Source: an uncultured Chloroflexia bacterium
Lineage (GTDB): Bacteria; Chloroflexota; Anaerolineae; Anaerolineales; RBG-16-64-43
Direction of reading: 5' to 3'
NCBI GenBank assembly: GCA_963780865.1
Contig: CAWADT010000013.1
Span: 246,491 to 310,490, forward strand
Length of the DNA: 64,000 bases
Shown: positions 50,436 through 60,002 of the stretch, piece by piece
How the letters are laid out: each line of letters starts with the position of its first letter
How positions within the stretch are numbered: position 1 is the stretch's first letter
Program-made: the position numbers and the translations under genes
Notes under the pieces: model-generated
Told to the model about the DNA's origin: nothing
What the model saw: only the letters and a program-made list of their open reading frames with translations
The model's database searches: none

Positions 50436-53273
50436 TTACCCTTCCGTCGATCGGTCGGACCGGAAGGGGAGGAAATCTGCTCCGCGAGCAAACACTCCCC
50501 GCCGGACTAGGCCCTTCCGGAATTTTTCGATCAGGTACAAGACCGGCCCGTAAAGCGCGAGCACGATCCAATAGGCCGCCGGGATGGGTAGATGCTCGAA
50601 TACCGATGCCAGCGGTGGAATGTAAATTAGCGAAAGGATCAGCCCGATCTCGAAGGCCACGCTCAACAAAAGGAAACGATTGCTCAGGAACCCCACCCGG
50701 CTACCCCGCTCGCGGCTGGTGCGGCAGGAAAAAACGTTCCCGACCTGGCACGCCACCACACCGGCATGGAACATCGTCGTGGCCAAGACGTAGGTTCGGC
50801 CGGCCGTGGTCTTAATCAACTCGAGATAGGAACTCCAAATGGGAACCAGGAGCGCCTGCCAATGGATCGGATCCTCTCTATAATACACGAAAAGGAAACC
50901 CGAAAAACACAGCCCGGCCTCGATTAACCCCAGCCAAAAACTGCGCAGCCCCACGCTCCGGTCCAGGAGCGACTGCCCTTTTCTCCTGGGTGGCCGGGCC
51001 ATCACGTCCGGTTCCGGACGTTCGGTTCCCAGCGCGAGAGCCGGCAGCAAGTCGGTGCCCAAATCGATCGCCAGGATCTGGGTGACGGTTAGCGCCAGCG
51101 GCAAACCAAAAAGCGCCGTGGCCAAAAGCGGCAAAACTTCGACCACGTTGCTGGCAAAAATGTACGTGGCGAACTTCCGCAGGTTGTCGAAAACGGTTCG
51201 GCCTTCTTCCACGGCGTCTGCGACCGCGCCAAAATTGTCGTTGGTTAATATGACGTCCGCCGACTCGCGGGCGACATCCGTGCCGCTCACTCCCATGGCG
51301 ATCCCGATGTCGGCCTTGCGCAAGGCCGGCGCGTCGTTGACGCCATCCCCGATTACCGCGACGACGTCTCCATTGGCTTGAAAGGCGGCGACCAGCCGCA
51401 ATTTGTGTTCCGGCGCCATGCGGGCGAAGATCACTTCCTGCTTGAGAATCAGTTGGAGCTGGGCGTCGCTGATCTGTTCCAACTCGGCCCCCGTGAGGAT
51501 CCTTGGATGGGCCGTGGAAAGCATCCCGATGCGGCGGGCCAGGGAATCCGCCGTCAACCCGTAGTCGCCGGTGATCATCACCCATTGCACCCCGGCTTCC
51601 CGGCAACGCTTAATCGCATCCGCCACCTCCGGCCGCGGAGGATCCATCATGGCGGCCAGCCCCAGGAAAGTCAATTCCCGCTCCACGGATTCCACCGAGA
51701 AATCCGATCCGGCGCCGGTTCGCGCCGGAAGCGTGCGGCAGGCCAGGGCCAACACCCTCAAGGCTTTGCGGGCGTATTCATCGTTGGTCGAAAGGATCTG
51801 CGATCGCATTTGGGAGTCCAGCGGGATATCTTCGCCCCGGACGCGGACGCTTGAGCATAATTGCAATACTTCGCGCGGCGCGCCTTTGACGAACACCATC
51901 TCCCGGCCGTCCGGAAGGCGATGGACCGTGCTCATGCGCTTCCTGCGGGCGTCGAAAGGCAGCTCGTGGATCCGCGGGAATTCTTCCTGGATTTCTTCTT
52001 CGACAACCTTCCCTTTTGCCGCCAGAACCCGCAGGGCGGCTTCGGTCTGATCGCCCAAATAGGACCAGCGCGGACGTTCCGGGGTGGGGGGCAACAGGCG
52101 GGAGTTGTTGCAAAGGACGGCTGCGTGGAGCAGCGTTCGCAGGTCGTCCCGCATACCGGGAGATTCGATCGCGGGGGAGAAATCGCCTTTCGGTTCGTAG
52201 CCCGCTCCGCCGACGGAAAATCTCCGGTTGCCCGCCCAGACTTCGCGGACGGTCATCTGATTCTGCGTCAGAGTTCCGCTTTTATCGGTACAGATGACCG
52301 AAGTGGTGCCGAGTGTTTCCACCATGGAAAGGTTTTTTACCAACACGCCCCGCTTGGCCAGCCGTTGCACGGCGATGGCAAGGGCGAGGGTGAGGGTGGG
52401 CACCAATCCTTCTGGGATGACGGCCACCACCACCCCGATGGCCAGCAGAAACGCGCTCAGCCAATAAATCCGTTCATGCCAAAAGCCAAACGAGAACGCT
52501 AGGGCGCCGATAATCAAGGCCAGGATGGTGAACAGGCGGGTGACCCGCTGCATTTCCTCCTGCAAGCGGCTTTTTGATTCAGGGGTTTCCTGAGTGAGGC
52601 GGGCGATCCGTCCGAATTGCGTCAGCGACCCGGTGGCATACACGATCGCGCGCGAAGTACCGGAAGCCACAGAGGTTCCGGCGAATACCAGGTTGATTTG
52701 CTCGACTTCGGTGAGATCCTGCCGCAGGGAAGGTTCCGCCGTCTTGCGGGCCGGCATTGCCTCGCCGGTCAGCGTGGCGTTGTTCACGCGCAATCCGTAT
52801 TCCTGCACCACGCGCGCGTCGGCCGGGATGTTATCCCCTTCCGCCAAAACCAGAATGTCGCCCGGCACGATCTCGGAAGACGGCAGGCTGAGTTCCGCGC
52901 CGTCTCGCAGGGCACGCGTGAAATCCGGCAGCAGCTTTTCCAGAGAGGAGATCGCTCGCTCGGCGCGGTACTCCTGCAAAAAAGAGAAGACCGCATTTAC
53001 AAGCACCACCATCCAGATCACCAGGCCCAGCACGGGGCGGCCGCCGATCATCGCGATCAATCCCGCGGCCCAAAGCAACAGGGCCATGGGATGCGTGGCT
53101 TGATCCAAAAGCCGGGAATATTCCAGGGAGACCGTTTTTTCAACGTGCAGACGGTTGGGGCCGTACAACGACAAACGGGAAGCGGCTTCGTCCTGGGAAA
53201 GACCTTGCGGACTTGTCTCGAGAGCGGAATAAACTTCGGAAACTCGGAGCGAAGAGATGGGAGCGGAAGGCAT
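50436..53273 (-). CDS. Type II cation-transporting P-type ATPase, Na+/K+-ATPase-like TM motifs
   Basis: TGEA, IPEGL, DKSGTLT, KGAP, DPPR, TGD, GDGVNDAPAL; TM6 'ILAIDLGTD'. Confidence 0.93.
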   Translation of the reverse strand: MPSAPISSLRVSEVYSALETSPQGLSQDEAASRLSLYGPNRLHVEKTVSLEYSRLLDQATHPMALLLWAAGLIAMIGGRPVLGLVIWMVVLVNAVFSFLQEYRAERAISSLEKLLPDFTRALRDGAELSLPSSEIVPGDILVLAEGDNIPADARVVQEYGLRVNNATLTGEAMPARKTAEPSLRQDLTEVEQINLVFAGTSVASGTSRAIVYATGSLTQFGRIARLTQETPESKSRLQEEMQRVTRLFTILALIIGALAFSFGFWHERIYWLSAFLLAIGVVVAVIPEGLVPTLTLALAIAVQRLAKRGVLVKNLSMVETLGTTSVICTDKSGTLTQNQMTVREVWAGNRRFSVGGAGYEPKGDFSPAIESPGMRDDLRTLLHAAVLCNNSRLLPPTPERPRWSYLGDQTEAALRVLAAKGKVVEEEIQEEFPRIHELPFDARRKRMSTVHRLPDGREMVFVKGAPREVLQLCSSVRVRGEDIPLDSQMRSQILSTNDEYARKALRVLALACRTLPARTGAGSDFSVESVERELTFLGLAAMMDPPRPEVADAIKRCREAGVQWVMITGDYGLTADSLARRIGMLSTAHPRILTGAELEQISDAQLQLILKQEVIFARMAPEHKLRLVAAFQANGDVVAVIGDGVNDAPALRKADIGIAMGVSGTDVARESADVILTNDNFGAVADAVEEGRTVFDNLRKFATYIFASNVVEVLPLLATALFGLPLALTVTQILAIDLGTDLLPALALGTERPEPDVMARPPRRKGQSLLDRSVGLRSFWLGLIEAGLCFSGFLFVYYREDPIHWQALLVPIWSSYLELIKTTAGRTYVLATTMFHAGVVACQVGNVFSCRTSRERGSRVGFLSNRFLLLSVAFEIGLILSLIYIPPLASVFEHLPIPAAYWIVLALYGPVLYLIEKFRKGLVRRGVFARGADFLPFRSDRSTEG

Positions 53274-53346
53274 GGCAGCCGACGATTGCGGCGAAATTAT
53301 TTTCCTTTATTGAGATTCAACCATAATCGATTCGCGGGATAAAAAG

Positions 53347-55182
53347 CTACTCCGGTTTATCATCCGGTTCGGCGGTTTCCTTGGGGTGGCCTCCGGCTTT
53401 AGGTGCGGGAGTGGTTTTCAGATAATCCGCCAGCAGGGATCGCGAATCCGGACGATCGCTGTGCACCGCCTCGTCGTATTCTCCCGCGGGCGCTGGGCGT
53501 TCATAGCGCAACGGCCGCCGGACGCCGAACAGCTCGAAGAATCGCGAGATCCATACCAGGATGTTGTACCGGTATTCCTGCATGCGCAACGACTGCCATT
53601 CTACTATCGAAGCCATCGACCCCTGGACCCGCGCTTTCTCACGGACAATGCGGTGAATCTTCTCGGGAGCACGCAATCCGGCGGGGGAAATCAGGATCGC
53701 ATGGGCGGCCAAAATGAGGATACTGAAGGAAATCAGCACCACCCAGCCGCCTTCTTCCCATTTCCCGACAATTTGGCCGATGAAGACCAACCCGGACAGC
53801 GTGCCGGCAATCCCGGCGCCCAGCGCGCCCCAAAAGCGTTTTCGCCCTTTTGCGGTCCGCAGGATATGCTGTCGAATGGCAAAACCCATCACCATGATCG
53901 GCATGAACACACCGATTCCGTAATAAGGAACCGCCAAGGTCTGCTGCGCCCGCACCAGAAGCATGATGACCAGCGCAACAACGAAACCCGCCGTCACAGA
54001 GCGCGTGAAGGTCCCCGCCGAATTGCGATACACGACGATTTCGGGAATCTCGCCGATGGCAACGTCCCGCCAGGCCGTCGCCTGCAAATCCTGGAAGGCG
54101 GTCATCGAGGCGGAAGCAAGCAAAGCCACGGCCAGAAGTTGATACACCCAAAACAGGAAGGATCCGCCCAGGAGGGAGAAACCGGGAATTTGCTGGAACC
54201 CGATAAACGCCAGGTTCCCGACGAGGGTTCGGCCAAGCGTTTGATCGAATACATTAAAGCGAATCGCAAAAAACGCCAGCAGAAATGTGGTGAGCCCCCC
54301 ATAGAAAAGAAACGAGGTTTGCACCAATCTCCCAATTCCGGATTTCCCGGAATAAAAATTCCACAACGCTTTCAATCGCGGAAGAGTTCGTTTAGCCCAT
54401 TTGATCAATCCGGCGTCTTCATTGATCACGAATTGAATGCCGTTGGACATGGCTTCCAGTCCGGACAAGGCAACCAACCCCTTCATGGAGGCGGTCAGCA
54501 TGTGGTACACCGCCTGCAAAAGCGTAACCGGTTGCGGTTGCCCGGTGCTTGGAAGCGCCGAAACGCCGCGTAAATTCGCGAGGAACAATCCGGTGAACAT
54601 CGTGACGGTCAGAAAAACGAAAATGCCAAGGAGGATAAACGTCACCCGGGCCGACTCGCCGCGGCCGCGGATGGTCAGATACCACGTCACGGTGACCAGC
54701 CCGGCGCCGATGAGAAAATGCCAGCCCCAGTCGATTCCGGTTTTTTGCAAAACCGAAAGCAACTGATCAACTCCGGAAAGGGAAGAAACGACGATCGTGA
54801 AAACGTAATCTTGAATGAGCACGACGGCAACGACCAGGCTGAGGGTGGGAAGAAGATAGCGCATGGAAGCCGTATAAGAGCCGCCGCCTTCGTTGAACAC
54901 CCCCAGGGAATACATATACAGCAACCCGAAAACGATATTAGCGATGGCGATGAAAGCCACGGCGATGTAACCGTATTTCTGCAATCCATAGGGGTGCAAG
55001 GCACCCATCAACTCGCCTGTTGCGTAATAATAGGATGTGAAATAATCGACGCCGAACAGCGCCACGGCGGCCAGAAGGCCGATTTGGCCGGCGCCGTGCA
55101 CATGCGCATCTTCCTCCCGCTCGTGGGGGGAGAGGCGGTAGGCGATGTAAATAAACGCACCCAGTAATAGGATCGAGATCAT
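53347..55182 (-). CDS. APC-superfamily permease, KimA/YdaO-like
   Basis: ~12 TM helices; 'GGGSY', 'RGRGES', 'ALSGLEAMSNG', 'PYYGIGVF' resemble KimA-family motifs. Confidence 0.72.
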   Translation of the reverse strand: MISILLLGAFIYIAYRLSPHEREEDAHVHGAGQIGLLAAVALFGVDYFTSYYYATGELMGALHPYGLQKYGYIAVAFIAIANIVFGLLYMYSLGVFNEGGGSYTASMRYLLPTLSLVVAVVLIQDYVFTIVVSSLSGVDQLLSVLQKTGIDWGWHFLIGAGLVTVTWYLTIRGRGESARVTFILLGIFVFLTVTMFTGLFLANLRGVSALPSTGQPQPVTLLQAVYHMLTASMKGLVALSGLEAMSNGIQFVINEDAGLIKWAKRTLPRLKALWNFYSGKSGIGRLVQTSFLFYGGLTTFLLAFFAIRFNVFDQTLGRTLVGNLAFIGFQQIPGFSLLGGSFLFWVYQLLAVALLASASMTAFQDLQATAWRDVAIGEIPEIVVYRNSAGTFTRSVTAGFVVALVIMLLVRAQQTLAVPYYGIGVFMPIMVMGFAIRQHILRTAKGRKRFWGALGAGIAGTLSGLVFIGQIVGKWEEGGWVVLISFSILILAAHAILISPAGLRAPEKIHRIVREKARVQGSMASIVEWQSLRMQEYRYNILVWISRFFELFGVRRPLRYERPAPAGEYDEAVHSDRPDSRSLLADYLKTTPAPKAGGHPKETAEPDDKPE

Positions 55183-55232
55183 AGATTGATTTCCGAACCT
55201 CCCGCGAACGACAATCCGCTACGGGTGTCGGG

Positions 55233-56345
55233 TCATCCGCCTTTCGAGGACTGAAAATCCTCCTCCATCAGCGTAAATTCGGCCAAGATGTGATTTCGCG
55301 TTGATGGGCTGAGGCGCGTGTCCTGGGCCACCTTCACCGCCTCCTCGCATACTGCGCGGACGACAAAGGCCGGGACGAACATGATCCGGCCCGCCGGTAT
55401 GATCTCAAACGGGTATTCCTTCATGTGTAACGCCTGATCGTCAAAGTAGGGCAGGGAGATCGATAGCCCGCGGTTGAGATCCCCGGCGTTCGCCCGGCGT
55501 TGAATGGTCTGGATGATATCCTTGGTCTGATACACGGCCAGGGACCGGCCTTGATTTACCAACTGGCCAAGCATACCGTAACGCTTTCGCTGGTATTCCA
55601 CATCGGCCGTGAAATACGCCGCGAGTCCCACGGCGGTATGCAAAATCTGTAAAAAGTGCTGCATGGAGGAGATATCAGCTTCCGCTTCCGCCACGCTCCC
55701 GACCAGCAGCTTGCCCTCTCCGTCGAAAGCCACCCATTGAGGCAAAAAGAATTTGCGGGCATAGGGGACGAACGGCACCTGCAGTTGGCCGCGGCCCATT
55801 TCCGAGCCGCTTTCCTCCGCGATGGCGTCGGTGGAAGCGGTGATGGCCGATTCCACTTCGGCCGAAGAGGATTCCGGTTCCGACGGGGTGGTTTCGCCTT
55901 CCAAGGCGATGTACTTCACCGAGCGCCCGACGGGAAGCATGTTCGTCACCATGTGGCGGCAGGTGGTAAAACGCAGAATGCCGGCGGCGACAGCCACGCT
56001 TCTCTTGGGCAGCTGCTCCATTTCCTTGAACCGCGCCCTCAGGACAATCGTCAAATCGGTCCGCGTCAGACGCTCCACCAGACCGCCCGCCATTTGTTCC
56101 CGTTCTTCGGTGGCGATGGTTTCGGTCCGGGTTGATTTCGCGTCCACCACGACCCGGTCCGGTAGGGAGAATTTAACCTGAGAGGGTTTCTGCAGCAGGG
56201 TTTCGGCCAGCGTCCGCGCCTGGGCTTCGAAATACCGCTGAAGCAGAACGGGCTGCGCCTCGAAAAGGCGGTGTTGATTTTCGTATTCCTGCCGCAAATA
56301 CTCGGTCGGCGTGCTGATTGCGGTGGCAGTAGTTTTTTGAGACAT
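55233..56345 (-). CDS. Hypothetical soluble protein, first gene of the cation-transport operon
   Basis: 370-aa ORF with GAGG RBS downstream of a consensus promoter; no recognisable motif. Confidence 0.75.
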   Translation of the reverse strand: MSQKTTATAISTPTEYLRQEYENQHRLFEAQPVLLQRYFEAQARTLAETLLQKPSQVKFSLPDRVVVDAKSTRTETIATEEREQMAGGLVERLTRTDLTIVLRARFKEMEQLPKRSVAVAAGILRFTTCRHMVTNMLPVGRSVKYIALEGETTPSEPESSSAEVESAITASTDAIAEESGSEMGRGQLQVPFVPYARKFFLPQWVAFDGEGKLLVGSVAEAEADISSMQHFLQILHTAVGLAAYFTADVEYQRKRYGMLGQLVNQGRSLAVYQTKDIIQTIQRRANAGDLNRGLSISLPYFDDQALHMKEYPFEIIPAGRIMFVPAFVVRAVCEEAVKVAQDTRLSPSTRNHILAEFTLMEEDFQSSKGG

Positions 56346-56446
56346 AAGCGCCTCGACATGTGGATCTGGATCAACCTGGCGGGGATGCGGATATGCTTAT
56401 CGATCGGAAATCTGCCTATTAAAACCCGTTTCGGGCATGAAGCCGG

Positions 56447-56474
56447 ATTATACGACCAAGGATTGGCGTGTCAA
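56447..56474 (-). promoter_or_regulatory. Consensus sigma70 promoter of the cation-transport operon
   Basis: TTGACA-16 nt-TATAAT on the minus strand. Confidence 0.7.
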
Positions 56475-56752
56475 TCCTGCGAGGAAACACCGTCTTCGGA
56501 GGCCGGCCAGTGATTTGCGGCCGGCCGGTTTGCCTGCGTCAACTTTCAAATTCGATTTGGGCAACGCGAGCGAAGGCAACGCGCTTTTTTTATTTCAGAA
56601 ATGATCGCACGGCCAATGAAATGAAATTTCTCCTGCAAAGAAGGCGCGAAAAGCCGGCGGCAAATTATTCCGGAGCCCGCAGTTTTCGGTGCTGGAATAA
56701 TTTTTTCCCTTGCCTCGCCGCCGAGTTGATCAGAATGCCGGCGGATGATTTG

Positions 56753-57676
56753 TCAATCCGCCCCGCGATACACGCGCACCAACTGCTCAAACAGGTCCAA
56801 CGCCTCCTCCCGCGATCGCTGAAAGGCATTCCGGCCGATCATCTGGCCGGCGGCGCCGGCGTTGCGAATGGCTACCGCTTCGTTCAGGAGAATATCAATG
56901 TCTCCGCGCGGCCCGCCCGAGAACAATACCAGGCGCCGGCCGGCGAACGTGCCCTGCAGCACGTGCCGGATCCGGTCTTCCAGAGTCTGCAGTGGAACTC
57001 CATGTTTCTCGTATAAAATGCGCGTATCTTCGTTTTCGATCCGTTCGGTGGGCAATTTCAGGTAGATGATGTGCGCGCCCATTTGCGCTGCGAGATGGGC
57101 GGCATACGTGGTGAGGTCGATGGCCGTCTCGGCTTCTTTGGGGATGTTGGCGCCGCGCGGGTACGACCAGACGATGACCGGAAGCCCGACACTTTTGGAT
57201 TCGCGCACCACTTCCCGCAGCGATTCGTACAGGAGCCGGCGGTTGTTGGTGCCGGGGTAGATGCAATACCCGACCGCCGAACATCCCAGGCGCAGGGCAT
57301 CTTCGACGGTTGCGAATTGCGCGAGCATCGGATCCGGATCCACATGCAGCTGATCGCGGCCGTTCAGTTTCAACACGAACGGGATTCGGCCGGCGTAGTC
57401 GGAGGCGACGGCTTCAAGGAAACCGAGCGGCGCGACGTAGGCATTGCATCCCGCGTCGATCGCAAGTTCGACGTGATAGCGCGGATCGTAGGCCGATGGG
57501 TTGTGTACAAACGACCGGCCCGGCCCGTGTTCAATTCCCTGATCGGCCGGGAGCATTAAAATCCGCCCCGTGCCGGCCAGTTTGCCGTGGTTCAGAATGC
57601 GGTAGAGATTGGCGCGAACGCCGGGGTTCTCGGAGGTATACCAACTGAGAATTTCTTCAATGCGATTCATGGTCAA
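56753..57676 (-). CDS. fbaB: Class I fructose-bisphosphate aldolase (DhnA/FbaB family)
   Basis: 'DQGIEHGP', 'ALRLGC', 'WSYPRG', 'FSGG', 'IGRNAFQR'. Confidence 0.9.
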   Translation of the reverse strand: MTMNRIEEILSWYTSENPGVRANLYRILNHGKLAGTGRILMLPADQGIEHGPGRSFVHNPSAYDPRYHVELAIDAGCNAYVAPLGFLEAVASDYAGRIPFVLKLNGRDQLHVDPDPMLAQFATVEDALRLGCSAVGYCIYPGTNNRRLLYESLREVVRESKSVGLPVIVWSYPRGANIPKEAETAIDLTTYAAHLAAQMGAHIIYLKLPTERIENEDTRILYEKHGVPLQTLEDRIRHVLQGTFAGRRLVLFSGGPRGDIDILLNEAVAIRNAGAAGQMIGRNAFQRSREEALDLFEQLVRVYRGAD

Positions 57677-57731
57677 CTCTCCATGCCTTCTCCCGCCGCC
57701 GGAACGGGCGGGGCGGGTGGACGATCGAAAG

Positions 57732-58901
57732 TTAATACAGGAACATCGGTTTGCCCAGCATGTCCCGAATTCGCGGGCGGTAGGTATCTTTGTCGTAGAG
57801 CGCGCCGACGTCGACGCGTTTCTTCCCCTGGACGATCATATCGAGGGACACCGTCGTGTAGATGCCTTGCTGCAACGCGACCATCCGGCCGGTATGCCCC
57901 AGCGCCACCTGGTCGAGGGCCAGGTTGCCGAACGAACTGGCCACCATGCGGTCCAGCGCGTCCGGCGCGCCGGAGCGCATGATGTACCCGAGCTGCTGGT
58001 ACATGATATTCACCCCGGTCCGGCGTTTGACTTCATCCGCGGTGTAGTGGCCGATGCCGCCGAGCTTTTGATGCCCGAAATCGTCGGCTTCCCCGCGCTG
58101 GTGGATTTCGCCGCCGGCTTCGTGGGCGCCTTCGGAAATAGTCATGATGGCGTAATGGGAAGGGGAGGCATTGCGGTCGGCCACCAGGAATTTGCACAGC
58201 TTGTCCAGGTCGAAGGGGACCTCCGAGATGACCGCCCGGTCCACATTGGACAGGTACGCGGCAAACAGCGAGGTCTCGCCCGAATTGCGGCCGAACAGTT
58301 CGACCACCCCAAGGCGTTCGTGGGACCCGACGGATGTCCGGAAATTGGTGATGGCGTCGACGGAGCGCGTGACGGCGGTTGAAAAACCGATGCAATAGTC
58401 GGTTCCGAAGACGTCGTTATCCATTGTTTTGGGGATGGCCACGGCGCGGAACCCTTCCTGGTGCAGCCGGCTGGCGAAGGAAAGCGTATCATCTCCGCCG
58501 ATGGGGATGATTGCCTCCAAACCGAGGGTATCCAACACCCGGAGCACATGCTTGGTGCAATCGACCGTTCCTTTATCGGTATTCACCCGGTCTTCCGCAC
58601 GGACATGCTCGGGGACGTCGGCCGGTTTTACGTTGGATGGATTGGTGCGCGAGGTGTGCAGGAACGTTCCACCGGTGCGATCGATGGTGCGTACGGTTTC
58701 CGGCGTCAGTGTGAAGGAATATTTCTCAATGGATTCGGGATCTTCCGGGTTGATCCGCAGGACGCTCATCCATCCGCGGCGCAATCCGACTACCTCGATA
58801 TTATTCTCCTGGGCGCGGGTGACCACCGCCCGGATCGCCACATTCAGGCCGGGAACATCGCCGCCTCCCGTTAAAATCCCAATTCGCAATTTCGCCGCCA
58901 T
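57732..58901 (-). CDS. pfkA: 6-phosphofructokinase (PfkA family)
   Basis: '[10 protein letters not shown]', 'GGTFLHTSR', 'IGGDDT', 'PKTMDND'. Confidence 0.93.
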   Translation of the reverse strand: MAAKLRIGILTGGGDVPGLNVAIRAVVTRAQENNIEVVGLRRGWMSVLRINPEDPESIEKYSFTLTPETVRTIDRTGGTFLHTSRTNPSNVKPADVPEHVRAEDRVNTDKGTVDCTKHVLRVLDTLGLEAIIPIGGDDTLSFASRLHQEGFRAVAIPKTMDNDVFGTDYCIGFSTAVTRSVDAITNFRTSVGSHERLGVVELFGRNSGETSLFAAYLSNVDRAVISEVPFDLDKLCKFLVADRNASPSHYAIMTISEGAHEAGGEIHQRGEADDFGHQKLGGIGHYTADEVKRRTGVNIMYQQLGYIMRSGAPDALDRMVASSFGNLALDQVALGHTGRMVALQQGIYTTVSLDMIVQGKKRVDVGALYDKDTYRPRIRDMLGKPMFLY

Positions 58902-59199
58902 CTTCGAACTCCTCCTGGAAGTGTATTGGATATTCACCAGCTGATCCGACGTTGCATTGTACAGCGGGTTTGGGTATTCTCCAAGCCGCAGGCGGAAAAA
59001 ACGGGGCAGATTGTTCTTGTTCCGGATGCCCCCGAAGGATTATCCGCCGCCAGCAAATTGCGGGCAGCGGCTATACAATAAGCCTGCAGGCACCCCGGCC
59101 GGCCCCTATTTGGTTTTTGAAAGCCTCTGTATAATAGGCATACATGGGAACGGGGCAGCCAGGATCATCTTTCCGTGCGGCTCCTCGCGAGGTGAAGAA

Positions 59200-59802
59200 A
59201 TGGGAGAGGATATCTCAGCGGTTAAACAAAAGCTGAACGATTACCTCATAATGGAATTCGGGGTTGACACCGGTGGAGGCGTGCGTCCCGCGACGGATTC
59301 CTGGCCGTTTGAGCTGACTCCGGTTGGCCGCATTGCGTCCGGTACCGGAAATCCGGACGTCTATACCTTCCAATTGGAAGAACCATATTATGCCCTTACC
59401 GTCGGCACCATGCATTGCTATCCAGTGGCGGGCATGTTGTTGGAAAACCTCAAGTTGCAATTCTCGGGCGCGAGTTGGCTGGCCATTCAGGAACCGATCG
59501 ACCTCTCGACATCCGCCACGGGGTTGCTGGGCATACCCTCCATCCCCGAGCGGCGGGAAGCCATCACCTCTCTGGTAACAACAGCTTACAGCACCGAGAC
59601 CAGCTTTCGCATCCTGGAGGGGTTGTATCTTCGAAAAACCATCCGGTATTACGCTTTGGTGGAATTGACTGAAAGCCATAGAACAATGATGGTGGGCACC
59701 GGAATTATCCCGCTGGAAGTCGGTTTCCCGGCTGCCTCCAGTTGGAGAAGATTGTCCTATGCAGTGGGCCTTTTGCTGCAGCAGGGGCTTCTGCCAAAAT
59801 AA
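59200..59802 (+). CDS. Hypothetical protein
   Basis: GAGGTGA RBS before ATG 59200; 200-aa ORF with no recognised motif. Confidence 0.55.
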   Translation: MGEDISAVKQKLNDYLIMEFGVDTGGGVRPATDSWPFELTPVGRIASGTGNPDVYTFQLEEPYYALTVGTMHCYPVAGMLLENLKLQFSGASWLAIQEPIDLSTSATGLLGIPSIPERREAITSLVTTAYSTETSFRILEGLYLRKTIRYYALVELTESHRTMMVGTGIIPLEVGFPAASSWRRLSYAVGLLLQQGLLPK

Positions 59803-59952
59803 AGCTGCCCTCCAATAAAAATTCACCCGCATGGATTTGACACTATTTATTCCACGAATTTCTTCCAAGAATAAATCCTTTGCAAAGAGCGGATGGGGGA
59901 GTTGGATCCGAATAATTTCTGCGTCTTGCCGTCCATCCAATTGCCTGATATG

Positions 59953-59986
59953 ATTATGTAAGCTAATGTATATTATCTTACGTAAT
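59953..59986. other. dif-like tyrosine recombinase site (11-6-11 core at 59956-59983)
   Basis: ATTATGTAAGCTAA-TGTATA-TTATCTTACGTAAT; arms are 12/14 inverted-identical; TAATGTATATTAT is shared with E. coli dif. Confidence 0.65.
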
Positions 59987-60002
59987 AACACAGGAAAAAA
60001 CC

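Noticed and set aside
56346-56752. c-di-AMP (ydaO) riboswitch ahead of the K+-related operon
   Set aside because: The conserved ydaO motifs are not visible, and the promoter leaves only a ~95-nt leader.
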